64,000 nucleotides of DNA from Nemertoderma westbladi (taxonomy: Eukaryota > Animalia > Xenacoelomorpha), in the NCBI GenBank assembly GCA_032718475.1, contig JAUCBJ010007248.1:1-64000 (forward strand). Direction: 5' to 3'. Shown piece by piece: positions 1 to 13,470 of the stretch (position 1 is its first letter; every line of letters begins with the position of its first letter). The notes beneath the pieces were generated by a model. It did no database searches. It worked only from the letters and a program-made list of their open reading frames with translations, and had not been told where the DNA came from. The position numbers were made by a program, and so were the translations under genes.

Positions 1-1476
1 TAATAAATTAAATGAACGGGAAAAGGGCCACCTTTACAATCATAAAGAATGAGATGATTTACATTAGGGCCACAAATATACATCTTTTACAGTGGCCTTT
101 TGCATCCAAATTGATCTTACCAATAAACTGAGATGAAAAAGGGCCAGAATGAAATACAATGAGCTTAACAGCATTAGGGTAGGGCCATACTGTAGCGCCA
201 TGGAGATATTTATGGACAAGGCTCTTTAGAGCTAGAACATAGTAACGAATAACGACCATAAGAACTATAAAAGTCCGTCTAGGCATAGAATTTATAATTA
301 TGCAATTCTCCTTGTTCACTCATACCAAATTTCAGATGGAATCTGATGGTTGGTTCTATAATTACACAGCTACTTCTACGATTCTGTCAATTCGCCCGCC
401 TAGCGGCAGACAGGGGAACTTTAAAGTCTGTCTGTGTGTATAATTTCTACTTAAGCAACGGCGATAACTGCCCGTTGAAGACATGGGAACTTGAAAGTCT
501 AACCGTACAGTACATAAAATATGTTCAAACAAAAATAATGTTTATTAAAATCTACATTATTTTAGTTTTAGGTTAACTGAGGTAAATATTACATTGCAAG
601 TCTTACAAATCATGTTACTATTCATGTCATTTTTTGAGAAAGTTTGACTGGCCCATTTGATTCAAAATTGATTTATTAAATTAAATGAACGGGACAAGGG
701 CCACCTTTACTATCATAAAGAATGAGATGATTTACATTAGGGCCACAAATATACATCTTTTACAGTGGCCTTTTGCATCCAAATTGATCTTACCAATAAA
801 CTGAGCTGAAAAAGGGCCAGAATGAAATACAATGAGCTTAACAGCATTAGGGCCATACTGTAGCGCCATGGAGATATTTATGGACAAGGCTCTTTAGAGC
901 TAGAACATAGTAACGAATAACGACCATAAGAACTATAAAAGTCCGTCTAGGCATAGAATTTATAATTATGCAATTCTCCTTGTTCACTCCTACCAAATTT
1001 CAGATGGAATCTGATGGTTGGTTCTATAATTACACAGCTACTTCTACGATTCTGTCAATACGCCCCCCTAGCGGCAGACAGGGGAACTTTAAAGTCTGTC
1101 TGAATTTAGAATTTCTAAATAAGCAATGCTTGTAGGTGTAGGTCACTCTTACCAAATTTCAAGAAGATATATCAACCATACATAAAATTATGTTCAAACA
1201 AAAATAATGCTTATTATTTTTACTTTTATTATTTTAGTGTACTTAACTGTGGTAATCACATTGCAAGTCTTACAATTCATGTTACTATTCATGTCATTTT
1301 TTGAGAAAGTTTGACTGGCCCATTTGTTTCAAAATTGATTTATTAAATTAAATGAACGGGAAAAGGGCCACCTTTACTATCATAAAGAATGAGATGATTT
1401 ACATTAGGGCCACAAATATACATCATTTACAGTGGCCCATTTGCATCCAAATTGATCTTACAAATAAACTGAACTG
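1..1476. repeat. Tandem repeat with ~670-bp unit (two full copies plus a partial third; continues off the left edge)
   Basis: AAATTAAATGAACGGG..AAGGGCCACCTTTAC and the following sequence recur at ~5, ~678 and ~1345 (periods 673 and 667 bp) with high identity. Confidence 0.9.
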
Positions 1477-3037
1477 TAAGAATGAAGAGAAATAAGATAG
1501 GGCCATTGAGTTATATAGGTACACTATACCTACATATCTCACTTTATAGATATATAAGTTGGCCCTTTCGCTCGTTTTTTCATCTTTATGTATGTATATT
1601 AAAATGGTATATGTAGGAACATATATACACGAGATATGTAGATATACTAATGGCCCTTTTTACTTCCATTCAGTGTTATATAGGTACATAATACCCTTCA
1701 TTTCAAAGATACATATCTATGGCCCTTTAGGCCGAACGTACATATATATATATATATTTATATATTTTTTTATTTTTTTTTATATTTTTTATTTTTATTA
1801 TCTATATATATTATCTAGCATATATCACACTATAATTATTATAAACCGCAATACATACAAAAACCTACTGTACGTCCGAATATATCTTATAATTAAGCGT
1901 AAAGTAATGGCAACTAGGGCCTATAGACACAGGTGCCCTACTGTACTGTAAGTATGTTTATATTGTAATAATTATTAAGTAAATAGTAATAATAAAGTAA
2001 AATATTAAATTAAATTATATTATATTTAATTAATATTTAATTTAATTATAAAATAAGTAAAATAGTAAATAATAAAAATTGTAAAAATTCTAACTAAGAC
2101 ACAATTTCTATACAATAACAATCTGGTACTCTAATTATATGTACTGTAAATAGCTAGACACGGTGCGGGTATGGTACATAAGGAAAATTAACAATAAAAA
2201 ACAATAGAAATGGTTACACGGAACAATAAAAAAGTCATAATCAATATCAATTATTATCAAATCAAAAAATCATAATCTGACAATGGACTGATTTGGCTGT
2301 TTGGTCACGGCTGGGCGCTACTACCGTACTACCTGACTACTGTGTACTGTCAGAGTGTGCTACCTCTACGCTACCGGTACGGTCACAATCTGACAATGTA
2401 CAACAACAACCAGTCTTCAGTCTTACCACTTTCCTGCTTTCTGCTGGACTGCGGTTGTCGTATCCAGCGTCAGCGATCTTAGTTCAGTTCTGACTGCTTA
2501 ATCTGCAGATCTGCTACCTCCTGACCTCTGTCTGTCTGTACCTGCTTCTGTGTTGAGGTTGTTTCTGTTGTTATATCGCCTGACTGCCTGCGCTGACATT
2601 ATAACAGTCTGATCGCTGTGTGCTGGCTGCTGGTGTGTGTATCCATCCAGTCTGCCAGTACAGCAGTATCCGACATCGTCTATACTGCTGCAGCTGCACT
2701 GTACGGCTGTACGGTGCGCGGTCCGATATTTGCGGCGTAGCGGGTAGGCCTAATTAATTCATAAATTCCGTCGTCATTGCAACAATGTTGTTTAGCTAAT
2801 TCATGAATTCAGTCTGTCAGTCGTGTACATGTACAACATGTGACGTGCTAAAGGCAGAAAGGTGGCAGTCAAGTCATAGGCCTAGAAGTCTAGCAGCTGT
2901 CCAGGCCTACTAACTAGGCCTACTGTTACTGTACCGTTCACCAGTAGGGCCTAGAGCCTAGGCCTACTACTGTACTACGGTAAGATTAAACTTTCCCAGT
3001 TACCGTATCGAGGCAGCAACATTCTTCTTTCTACACG

Positions 3038-4132
3038 ATGTTTCGATCCCAAACACCCATCATTTTATTTCGCCTATCTAAATATATATTAATGCTTACC
3101 CGTCTAATATTCTTCTGGGTAGACAACTTACTAGTTGTATCGACTTACGGAGTGATCTTAATGGTTCTCCAGCCTTTGCGACTAATATCGCCTCGCTTCT
3201 ATTGGCTCTTAGAAGGCCGACTATACAGCACGCTTTTATATATGGTGGGTGTGTTTATGTTTTGTGCCCCATTGCCTCACTCCTATTCTATATACGAATG
3301 GGGCGAGGATCCCTCGAAGCTGATTGGTCAACGATCCGTTGTCATTGCCAACCACCAGACCACCGCCGACGTACTGACTTTGTTCGCATTATTATCTGGT
3401 AAACATGGCGGTTTAATAACGCGGCACTGTCTTTGGGTGTTAGACGTTATGTTCCGTTATACTCATTTCGGTGTTATAGCGGGCCATCACGGAGATATGT
3501 TTGTAGAATCTGGTAAGCACGCTAAGACGCAAACTCTGGCACATATAGAGTCCTTCCTTAGGTACCATTATATAGATACAGATAAGGATAGGCGGTGGAT
3601 AATTATATTCCCTGAAGGCGGTTTCTTTTACAAGAGAAAAAAAAGTTGCCAAAAGTACGCCCGGGAGAATGATTACCCAGTTCTAGAACACGTTGGTTTA
3701 CCGAAAGTTTCTGCCATATATGCTATTCTAGATATCGTGAGAAAACGTAAATCTCTTACTTATAACCCACCTGAGTTCTTATTGGATGTAACCATTGGTT
3801 ACAAGGACCCGAATGATGGTCTAGACGGCCTTGAACTAATGACTGGCAGCGCCGCTCCACAGTCAGTTAATATATTTTATAAAACATATAAAATTTCAGA
3901 CATTCCTACTAATTTAGACGACTTTACTAATTGGTTATTCCAAGTTTTTGTGCATAAAGAGTATCTACTTGATTATTTATACAAACACGGTGTCTACCCT
4001 ACATGCACCGGTATTCCTCTAAACAATGTACTCGTCCCATTATCCTTGGTAAAGGTGTTCTTGTATAATTCCTTCTACCTTTTTGTTGCTGTTTCTTCAT
4101 GTTGTCTCTTAAGGTCACATCTCTTTTCCTAA
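3038..4132 (+). CDS. LPGAT1: Acyl-CoA:lysophospholipid acyltransferase, LPGAT1-like (PlsC/AGPAT family), single coding exon, 364 aa
   Basis: Catalytic NHQTTAD (NHxxxxD), FPEGGFF motif, LPKVSA, LDVTIGY, WLFQVFVHKEYLL, hydrophobic N- and C-terminal segments; uninterrupted ATG-to-TAA ORF of family-typical length. Confidence 0.88.
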   Translation: MFRSQTPIILFRLSKYILMLTRLIFFWVDNLLVVSTYGVILMVLQPLRLISPRFYWLLEGRLYSTLLYMVGVFMFCAPLPHSYSIYEWGEDPSKLIGQRSVVIANHQTTADVLTLFALLSGKHGGLITRHCLWVLDVMFRYTHFGVIAGHHGDMFVESGKHAKTQTLAHIESFLRYHYIDTDKDRRWIIIFPEGGFFYKRKKSCQKYARENDYPVLEHVGLPKVSAIYAILDIVRKRKSLTYNPPEFLLDVTIGYKDPNDGLDGLELMTGSAAPQSVNIFYKTYKISDIPTNLDDFTNWLFQVFVHKEYLLDYLYKHGVYPTCTGIPLNNVLVPLSLVKVFLYNSFYLFVAVSSCCLLRSHLFS

Positions 4133-4420
4133 ATATTTCGTGCTATTGTTATATATAATCAAACATGTTTATTGCTTCTCTGTCTATCCATGCGGTGTTT
4201 TTATATTTTTTTTTAGATATAGGCCTATATGTTGTGTTTTTTTTTGTAAAATGTATTTAGTTGAGTCTTCCGTACGTGCTAGGCTATTTAGTCTTACTAA
4301 CCACCATTTATCCAACCAAATCAATGCACGTATAATAAACCCACCATACTATTTTTCAACTTTTGAATTTTATCATTTTAATCAATAATTTAAAAGTACC
4401 TAGAATAAGTTCCACATTAA

Positions 4421-4974
4421 GGGTAGATGGTACCCCAGAACTTTAAAAAAAATAAGAACGTTTTCGAAATTTTTGTTGGATTTGTGAAATAAATGGGTAT
4501 GTTAAAATTTAGCACCAAAATAAGCGATTATGAAAACCTCCATATCGTATAATTTCGTTCGTTGGTGTAATTTATTATATTTTGGCTGAAATTTCCCGCG
4601 ATTTAAATAAAATTAGCAAGAAAGTTTGAATACTTTGGATTTTTCTCCGCAATTTCTTTTTTCTGTGATTTGGAGACAAATGTACCTTTTTCTCGAGAAC
4701 GGCTTGATGGAATTGGCTGAAATTTTCGCAGCAGGTTTGTGTTATGAGACACAATAACTGTTGTGGAACCTCTAAAAACATATTTATAACAATTATCTAA
4801 TGTATTTCCAATATAAACTTCGAAAACGTGCCAATATTTGGTTATTAAGTGCAATTAAGTGACCCTCATACTTTGACACAATTGTTTTGTCACATAGTTA
4901 CTCCGCCCTTCTCGAGATTTTCATCAGATTCCACCAGAGTAATTGGTACAGTATGTAATCTGTACCATATCCCC
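4421..4974. mobile_element. Putative non-autonomous DNA transposon (Kolobok-like termini)
   Basis: TTAA-GGGTAGATGGTAC at left and GTACCATATCCCC-CTAA at right: 11/13 TIR match with TTAA/CTAA flanks; no coding capacity. Confidence 0.5.
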
Positions 4975-5067
4975 CTAAGTAGCTTGTAATATATTTTTAT
5001 ATTTAGTGCAGTTACCATCTATTTAATAATACCAAAATAATACAACCTTCATATTTTTACTGCCTAA

Positions 5068-5258
5068 GGCCGCGTTCACACTACCAAGTCAAAGTCAAAA
5101 TAAAATAATATAGCTACTAGCTAGCTAGCCATAATAAATAATAATACATTATATAGGCCTAATATAATACATAAGGGCGTTCTAGAAAAAAATTAATTTC
5201 TTGTGATTTTTTTTTACATTTTGTCTTTTGACTTTGACTTAGTAGTGTGAACGCAGCC
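5068..5258. mobile_element. PIF/Harbinger-type MITE
   Basis: TIR GGCCGCGTTCACACTAC / GTAGTGTGAACGCAGCC with TAA on both sides; second copy at 27923-28125. Confidence 0.85.
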
Positions 5259-5767
5259 TAAGAGTACTAAATATAAATCGAATTAACGTGTAACAATATG
5301 GCACGATGATTTAATATTATTGATATTACTCGCAATATTGATAGAAAAACATACCGGTGGACTGTGTTGTCATTGAAGAGTAAAATATTGGATTTGAGCC
5401 AAATTAGATGCCATAGTCTCATGTTTACTTTGTAAAACCCACCCAATTCTAGTAGTAATATATAATTTTGTATGACAATTAATTAAAGGATCTATTATCA
5501 TTAAAGTACATCATCAATAAACTTAAACTATCATCAATAACGTTCTCTAAATCAAATAAAATATTATCAATAATCTTGTTGAACAAATATTTTATCTCGT
5601 AATAACTGCATTAATTAAATAGCAATGAAATGAAATTCACAATGTATTTTAATGCTTCTTATTTTTTTAGCTGGTTAACCGTAATTTTATTACGGTATTA
5701 CGGTTAGACTTTACTGGCTTCCATTGAATAAATTAAGGCTCTTTGCAAAGTAGGCCCCCCTGCCCGT

Positions 5768-8388
5768 GTACACGGGTACGGTTACGGTACATGGGTACGG
5801 TTACGGTACACGGGTACGGTACACGGTTACGGTACACGGGTACGGTACACGGGTATGGTTACGGTACACGGGTACGATACACGGGTACGGTACACGGGTA
5901 CGGTACACGGGTACGGTACACGGGTACGGTACACGGGTACGGTACATGGGTACGGTACATGGGTACGGTACACGGGTACGGTTACGGTACACGGGTACGG
6001 TACACGGTTACGGTACACGGTTACGGTACACGGGTACGGTTACGGTACACGGGTACGGTACATGGGTACGGTACACGGGTACGGTACACGGGTACGGTAC
6101 ACGGGTACGGTACACGGGTACGGTACACGGGTACGGTTACGGTACACGGGTACGATACACGGGTACGGTACACGGGTACGGTACACGGGTACGGTACGTG
6201 GGTACGGTACACGGGTACGGTACATGGGTACGGTACACGGGTACGGTTACGGTACACGGGTACGGTACACGGGTACGGTACACGGGTACGGTACACGGGT
6301 ACGGTTACGGTACACGGTTACGGTACACGGGTACGGTTCACGGGTACGGTACACGGGTACGGTACACGGGTATGGTTCCGGTACACGGGTACGATACACG
6401 GGTACGGTACACGGGTACGGTACACGGGTACGGTACGTGGGTACGGTACACGGGTACGGTACATGGGTACGGTACACGGGTACGGTTACGGTACACGGGT
6501 ACGGTACACGGGTACGGTACACGGTTACGGTACACGGGTACGGTACACGGGTACGGTTACGGTACACGGGTACGGTACATGGGTACGGTACACGGGTACG
6601 GTACACGGGTACGGTACACGGGTACGGTTACGGTACACGGTTACGGTACACGGGTACGGTACACGGGTACGGTACACGGGTATGGTACACGGGTACGGTA
6701 CACGGGTACGGTACACGGGTACGGTACACGGGTACGGTACATGGGTACGGTACACGGGTACGGTACACGGGTACGGTTACGGTATTATTTTATTATTATT
6801 CCTTTGGTACCCATAGTGATTGCACGAATGGGGAAGTCTCTACACAAGGTAGGGACTTATAATTAAGGAAATTATATGTAAATGTTTCTACAGTATTTCA
6901 CCGGTAACGGGTAACACGGTACACGGGTACGGTACACGGGTACGGTACACGGGTACGCTGCACGGTTACGGTACACGGGTACGGTACACGGGTACGGTAC
7001 ATGGGTACGGTACACGGGTACGGTACACGGGTACGGTGCACGGGTACGGTTACGGTACACGGGTACGGTACATGGGTACGGTACACGGGTACGGTACACG
7101 GGTACGGTACACGGGTACGGTACACGGGTACTGTACACGGTTACGGTACACGGGTACGGTACACGGGTACGGTACACGGGTACGGTACACGGGTACGGTA
7201 CACGGGTACGGTACACGGTTACGGTACACGGGTACGGTACACGGGTACGGTTACGGTACATGGGTACGGTTACGGTACACGGGTACGGTACATGGGTACG
7301 GTACACGGGTGCGGTACACGGGTACGGTACATGGGTACGGTACACGGGTACGGTACACGGGTACGGTACACGGGTACGGTACACGGGTACTGTACACGGT
7401 TACGGTACACGGGTACGGTACACGGGTACAGTACACGAGTACGGTACACAGGTACGGTACACGGGTACGGTACACGGTTACGGTACACGGGTACGGTACA
7501 CGGGTACGGTACATGGGTACGGTACATGGGTACGGTACACGGGTACGGTACACGGTTACGGTACACGGGTACGGTACACGGGTACGGTTACGGTACATGG
7601 GTACGGTTACGGTACATGGGTACGGTACACGGGTACGGTACACGGGTACGGTACACGGGTACAGTACACGAGTACGGTACACAGGTACGGTACACGGGTA
7701 CGGTACACGGGTACGGTACACGGGTACGGTACACGGTTACGGTACACGGGTACGGTACACGGGTACGGTTACGGTACATGGGTACGGTTACGGTACATGG
7801 GTACGGTACACGGGTACGGTACACGGGTACGGTACATGGGTACGGTACACGGGTACGGTACACGGGTACGGTACACGGGTACGGTACACGGGTACAGTAC
7901 ACGAGTACGGTACACAGGTACGGTACACGGGTACGGTACACGGGTACGGTACACGGGTACGGTACACGGTTACGGTACACGGGTACGGTACACGGGTACG
8001 GTTACGGTACATGGGTACGGTTACGGTACATGGGTACGGTACATGGGTACGGTACACGGGTACGGTACACGGGTACAGTACACGAGTACGGTACACAGGT
8101 ACGGTACACGGGTACGGTACACGGGTACGGTACACGGTTACGGTACACGGGTACGGTACACGGGTACGGTTACGGTACATGGGTACGGTTACGGTACATG
8201 GGTACGGTACACGGGTACGGTACACGGGTACGGTACACGGGTACGGTACACGGGTACTGTACACGGTTACGGTACACGGGTACGGTACACGGGTACAGTA
8301 CACGAGTACGGTACACAGGTACGGTACACGGGTACTGTACACGGGTACTGTACACGGGTACGGTACACGGGTACGGTACACGAGTATA
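5768..8388. repeat. 13-bp minisatellite (GGGTACGGTACAC)n in two blocks separated by unique sequence at ~6785-6905
   Basis: Directly visible tandem unit with point variants and GGTTAC insertions; gives repetitive ORFs in all frames. Confidence 0.97.
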
Positions 8389-8771
8389 CCGCATTGGTAA
8401 TCGTCATAAATAGTCACTCATGCTTATTAGCTCCGGGAATTATATTTTTCGTATAATAATGTTGTTTGTTTTGTTAAATATGTAAATTTAAGCAACAACA
8501 AATAATATAATATAAAAATTTTCCAATAAAACGTTCTCCATGGTGTTTTTAGGCACCTGATACGGTTAGGTTTGGTTCGGTTAATATTAGAAACCCAATA
8601 TTTGTGATTCTGTAACTAAAATGTGATGTATATTTATTCGAATTATAAATATATGGTATTAAACCAGATTATACGCTATTGTATTATATGTATTATATGG
8701 GACGTATTACATTGAACCCCGGCAGTTTCTTAGTTTTATTTATAACTTATTTGTGCTAAAGTAACAATTTT

Positions 8772-9130
8772 ATACATAATATAACTCAAGGTTTACAACA
8801 TATCGTAGAGCTGTTGTAGTTGTTACATAATATAACTCAAGGTTTACAACATACCGTAGAGCTGTTGTAGTTGTTACATAATATAACTCAAGGTTTACAA
8901 CATACCGTAGAGCTGTTGTAGTTGTTACATAATATAACTCAAGGTTTACAACATATCGTAGAGCTGTTGTAGTTGTTACATAATATAACTCAAGGTTTAC
9001 AACATACCGTAGAGCTGTTGTAGTTGTTACATAATATAACTCAAGGTTTACAACATATCGTAGAGCTGTTGTAGTTGTTACATAATATAACTCAAGGTTT
9101 ACAACATACCGTAGAGCTGTTGTAGTTGTT
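8772..9130. repeat. 51-bp tandem repeat, 7 copies
   Basis: ACATAATATAACTCAAGGTTTACAACATAYCGTAGAGCTGTTGTAGTTGTT repeated head to tail with no spacers. Confidence 0.95.
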
Positions 9131-9475
9131 CTTGTTTTGGTCTTTAGTTGCCAATATATTTCTTTCCATAATAAATACGACGTTCTCGCAAAATGACAGG
9201 CAGGTTTTCTTACCGGATAAATTTAATCAACCGTTATTTTCTAGATGGGACGTGTTTATTTTAATTGTTTATTTATATGGATTTACTAAATAAAAACCAG
9301 TCGAGGGACCAAATGTTTCTATTATTACGGAATAAAATGTATTTTTTGTTAAAACTAATTTTTGCAGTATTATAACTTATTGTTTATTGTCGCGCAAATC
9401 TTGCATTATTACTGTTTGTTATTCCCAATGCGCTCTGCTTTATTATGTATTGCTTTATTGTTTATTGGTGCCCTT

Positions 9476-10387
9476 TAGAGTTGAAACAGAGACTTGTCAC
9501 TGATCTCTGTTCTCTGGATTCTCCGGGCTATTTTTTGGTCTCTGGATAGGTCTCTGGTTCCCGGATATTGAAAACACACATTTTACCCAGAGATCAGTGA
9601 TTTGACAGAAATATATATTTAAAAATAGATCCTGTACAACACAAAATGTGAAATGATAATTATTTTTCACCAATTTTTTACAATTAATTATTTCTTTAAT
9701 TTTTAACTAATTTTCATACACCACTTTAACACAATTATATATTCACTTTTACACTATTTCTATTTCTAATAAATGTACCAATAATCTTCTATTTAATTAA
9801 TTTAAGGTGCGTTTAATTTTAAGTTCAATTGACACCTAAAGATGGTTCCTATTTAAGGATAAGGGTGCTTAATTTGAGCACTTATAATGTTTGAAAGTGA
9901 AAGGGCTGATCTCCATTCAACTTGTTATAGGATAGATAATATGACGACCAAATGGAGAGAACGAGCGTAACGACGCTTGTAAATGGGGAGAGTAGAGCAC
10001 TATACCTGTGCACTAAGTATTCGTAAATGATTAAGTTTATAGTATATTGAAATGTTTATGATTTAAACAATTGTAAAATAAGTGCCTTTAATTAACAAAG
10101 TACCGGTACCTATGGCCCAAAACAAAATTATGTAACATATTATACTAACAATAACAAAATAAGAACGAATTAATAGACAAATAACCAAATTAATATTAAT
10201 TAAGCCCCCCATACTGTACGTGCGCTTATTTTCTTACAATGGGTAAGGGTAATGGATAAATTGCAAGTACAAAAATAAGCAAAGTCTCTGATCTCCGGCT
10301 CTGGTCTCCGGTATTTTTCAAAATAATTATCCGGGTAGGGCTCTGGTTTACCGGGATTAAGAAAAACAGGTCTCTGTTTCAACTCTA
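9476..10387. mobile_element. Non-autonomous hAT element
   Basis: 18-bp TIR TAGAGTTGAAACAGAGAC / GTCTCTGTTTCAACTCTA; perfect 8-bp TSD GTGCCCTT (9468-9475 and 10388-10395); subterminal CTCTGG/CCGG repeats. Confidence 0.92.
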
Positions 10388-11014
10388 GTGCCCTTACAGG
10401 TTAATGTTATTGTTTTCCTTGGGTTTTGATACATGTATTATTATATATTTACTTATTCTCGTATTTATCCTATTACAATTTGGAATGGCACTTTAAATTA
10501 ACTCAATTTTTAATCTTTCTTTACTAATTTCTAACTAACTTTACTAACATGTGGAGCCCGGCTGATACATTGTACTGTATGTTTATGAGGCTGACTTATA
10601 CGGTGTATTATTTTAACTCATCCGACACAATTCCAGAGTTAGGTTAGCTGGGATTTTATTGCGCAAGCTTTATATGGGTGCAGGGACAGGATACGATGCG
10701 ATACGAAAATACGATACGATACGATACGAATCAATTTTTCACGATACGATACGAATGCAATTTTGAGAAAATACGATACTTTTCGAAATATCCAAGATTC
10801 GATATGAAATATGAAAAAACTTTCGTATTTTTTGTATCGTATTTTATTTCAAAAGTTGATAAAAAAAATATAATTATTTTGTATTACACTTAGAAAATTA
10901 TTTTGTAAATCTCTATGTAATAGGCAAATATTTTTTATTTCAATGTTCCAGTCCAGTATGCTTGCTACAGCAATATTGTGGCTATCCTAAAACATCCATA
11001 AGGACACGCGGCCT

Positions 11015-11212
11015 AATAATAATAATAGTAGGCCTTACCATATTTACCAAGCCACTTAAAAAAGGAAAGTAAAATTTTCTTCGGCCGTTAGGCCTGGGTT
11101 TACCCACAAAGACTGACTGACGACTTAACGAAAACTATCCTGTCCCACATGCGGGATCGAACCCACGACCACCAGGGAGATGTAAATTCAGTGCAACCAC
11201 TGCACCAAGGTG
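11015..11212 (-). mobile_element. tRNA-derived SINE-like element
   Basis: Minus strand: A-box TGGTGCAGTGG and B-box GGTTCGATCCC at tRNA-like spacing, followed ~130 bp later by a (TAT)n tail. Confidence 0.6.
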
Positions 11213-11364
11213 GGACCTTGGTTCCACCTTAAAAATTTATGCATATTCAAATGCTGCATGGTTTGGTGCAATCTTCGCCCGAGTACCAGTGTTGATAAAA
11301 GTCATGATTTAAAAAAAAATCAAATCAGATTTTTTTATTTAAATCAGATTTTTTTTATTTAAAT

Positions 11365-11754
11365 CGGATGACTACAAAGCAAAGACCCAAGACCTAAACA
11401 ACAAAGACCTGTACGAAACACATGTGTTAACTTTCGTTTATTGTTTTGGTTCCCCCAACACGCCTCTGTAACCTGCTCCATTACTAACCTGCTCCTGTAA
11501 ATGGCAATGGGACCTAACGCTAAATGGCAATGGGACCTAATCCCCTTTAAGACGTAACGCGACTTTATATCTTTGTTTTGTACAGGTTCCAAAGAGCGTA
11601 AGGTTACATTGTCATTTAAAGGAACAGGTCAGTAAAGGAGCAGGTTACAGAGGCTTGTTGGGGGAACCAAAACAATAAACGAAAGTTAACACATGTTTCA
11701 AGATTATGCAGGTGTTTATTATTTGGGTCTTTGGTCTTTGTTTTGTAGTCACCC
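11365..11754. mobile_element. Foldback MITE (almost entirely palindromic) inserted in an AAATCAGATTTTTT repeat tract
   Basis: Termini CGGATGACTACAAAGCAAAGACC / GGTCTTTGTTTTGTAGTCACCC, inner inverted arms ACATGTGTTAACTTTCGTTTATTGTTTTGGTTCCCCCAACA, 8-bp flanking duplication ATTTAAAT. Confidence 0.8.
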
Positions 11755-13293
11755 ATTTAAATCACTTTTTTTTTATTTAAATCAGATTTTTTATTTAAAT
11801 CAGATTTTTTATTTAAATCAGATTTTTTATTTAAATCAGATTTTATATGAAAACATTGTGAAGACTTCTGGCTTCATCAATGCACTAATGTTTAAAGAAG
11901 TTTAAATGGTTAAATAAATTTGTTGAACATCTAAAAAAAAGATCCAGCATGTTTTGATTATATCTAATTTTTATTTCAGTAAACCATCCAGTAATAAATT
12001 ATAAGATAATTTTAATATAACTTTATCTTACCATGACCTACAGTACAACTGTATAGTATACCTACTATATATATATATATGACCTACTATATAATACATA
12101 GTAGGGCATGATCTTACTAATATTTCAGAAGTGTAAGACAGAGTGAGTGTTACCGAAAACCCGCCTCATATACTATTAACTTTGATGAATTTAATCCCAA
12201 ATCCCGGTCCCGGTCCCGATCCCGAAAAGTCTGAATTCGAATATAAACGAAATAAACAACAAACTGAATAGGACTCTAAACTTTATTACTTTTAAACTTA
12301 ATTAATGGGCCTGTGTATACTGTATGCAGGTATGGTATTGAAAATGCGACATGATACTGCGTGATACTGCCTTCGCCCGCGCACAACCTTAGCCCGGGGG
12401 AAACCTTCGCGTACCAATGTGTTCCTAGGCCTACTGCCTACTTGATGTACTAATATGGAATAACATTCAACAATTTAATTTCGAAGTCAAACTAAATACT
12501 AGAATAAAAGTAAAGTCCATTTTGTTAAATTAAGCAGCGGCTTATTTTTGGCCATATCTTCGCGAGTTTTGATCGTACGGAGCTGGTTTTGGGCTCATTC
12601 TGTTTGGAATATAACGATTTTAATGAAATCCACTTCCAATTTTATAATCTTTTTATTTTTTATCATTTAAAACGCTGTTAAAAAAATACATATTTTTCAA
12701 AATTATGTTTCAACATTCGAGATTTTGCACTCTAATAGGGCAATAATTGCTGGTTTCAAAAATATATGGCTTTAGAGGTTTTATTTAGCGGCAATTAATC
12801 CAAATCGTTGTTTTTCTGTAATAATAAATTATCGGAATCGTGTAATGTTAAATAAACGAATTTCCTTTCAACAATTTAAATATGGTGGAAAGTTTCCATA
12901 GCAACAGAACATAGGTTCTGTTGCATGCAACTACATATGTTCTGCGGTTATGTTCTGCGGTTATGTTCTTATGTTAGATTCTATGGGGATGTTTGAACAT
13001 GAACACACATTAGAGATACCGTACAGTTTCAAATAGTAGGCTACTGCGGCAGTAAATAATTTATGCCAAGTTATCAAAATAACGCGATAAATAGGAAAAC
13101 AACAAAAACTTTCATTTTGTAATAATATCCATTAATGTACTCATTACACTGTATTACATCCATAAATAATATACAAAAGTATTTCCGACCAAAATGGTCC
13201 GTCTGCTACCACCAATTCAATACAGTAGGTTTCCTTGGAAACATTACTGTAACAATAAATATCTGATATATGTACTTATATCAATCATCTATC

Positions 13294-13470
13294 TTTATTG
13301 AACTGTTATTTGTTATTTTGTACGGATATTTTGTACTCGTAACTATTATTTCGTCCAAGGACTGTTATAACGTCCGAGGCGAAGCCGAGGACTTATAACA
13401 CGTCCGAGGACGAAATAATAGTTACTCGTACAAAATATCCGTACAAAATAACAAATAACAGTTCAATAAA
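13294..13470. repeat. 177-bp imperfect palindrome capped by GCGAAGC
   Basis: Arms TTTATTGAACTGTTATTTGTTATTTTGTACGGATATTTTGTAC... and its reverse complement; centre CCGAGGCGAAGCCGAGG at 13374-13390. Confidence 0.9.

Noticed and set aside
59-2493. Short ORFs in the first 2.5 kb and other 60-120 aa ORFs in AT-rich or MITE sequence
   Set aside because: No motifs, often non-ATG starts, overlap repeats or lie antisense to real ORFs.
5743-8456. Long YTGTVHGYGTRVR-type ORFs
   Set aside because: Artefacts of a stop-poor 13-bp satellite, open in all frames on both strands.
8772-9130. 51-bp repeat as a CRISPR-like array
   Set aside because: Whole unit repeats with only one variable base; no spacers.
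10681-10850. hAT-like end with (GATAC)n subterminal repeats
   Set aside because: No partner TIR or TSD found, so boundaries cannot be defined.
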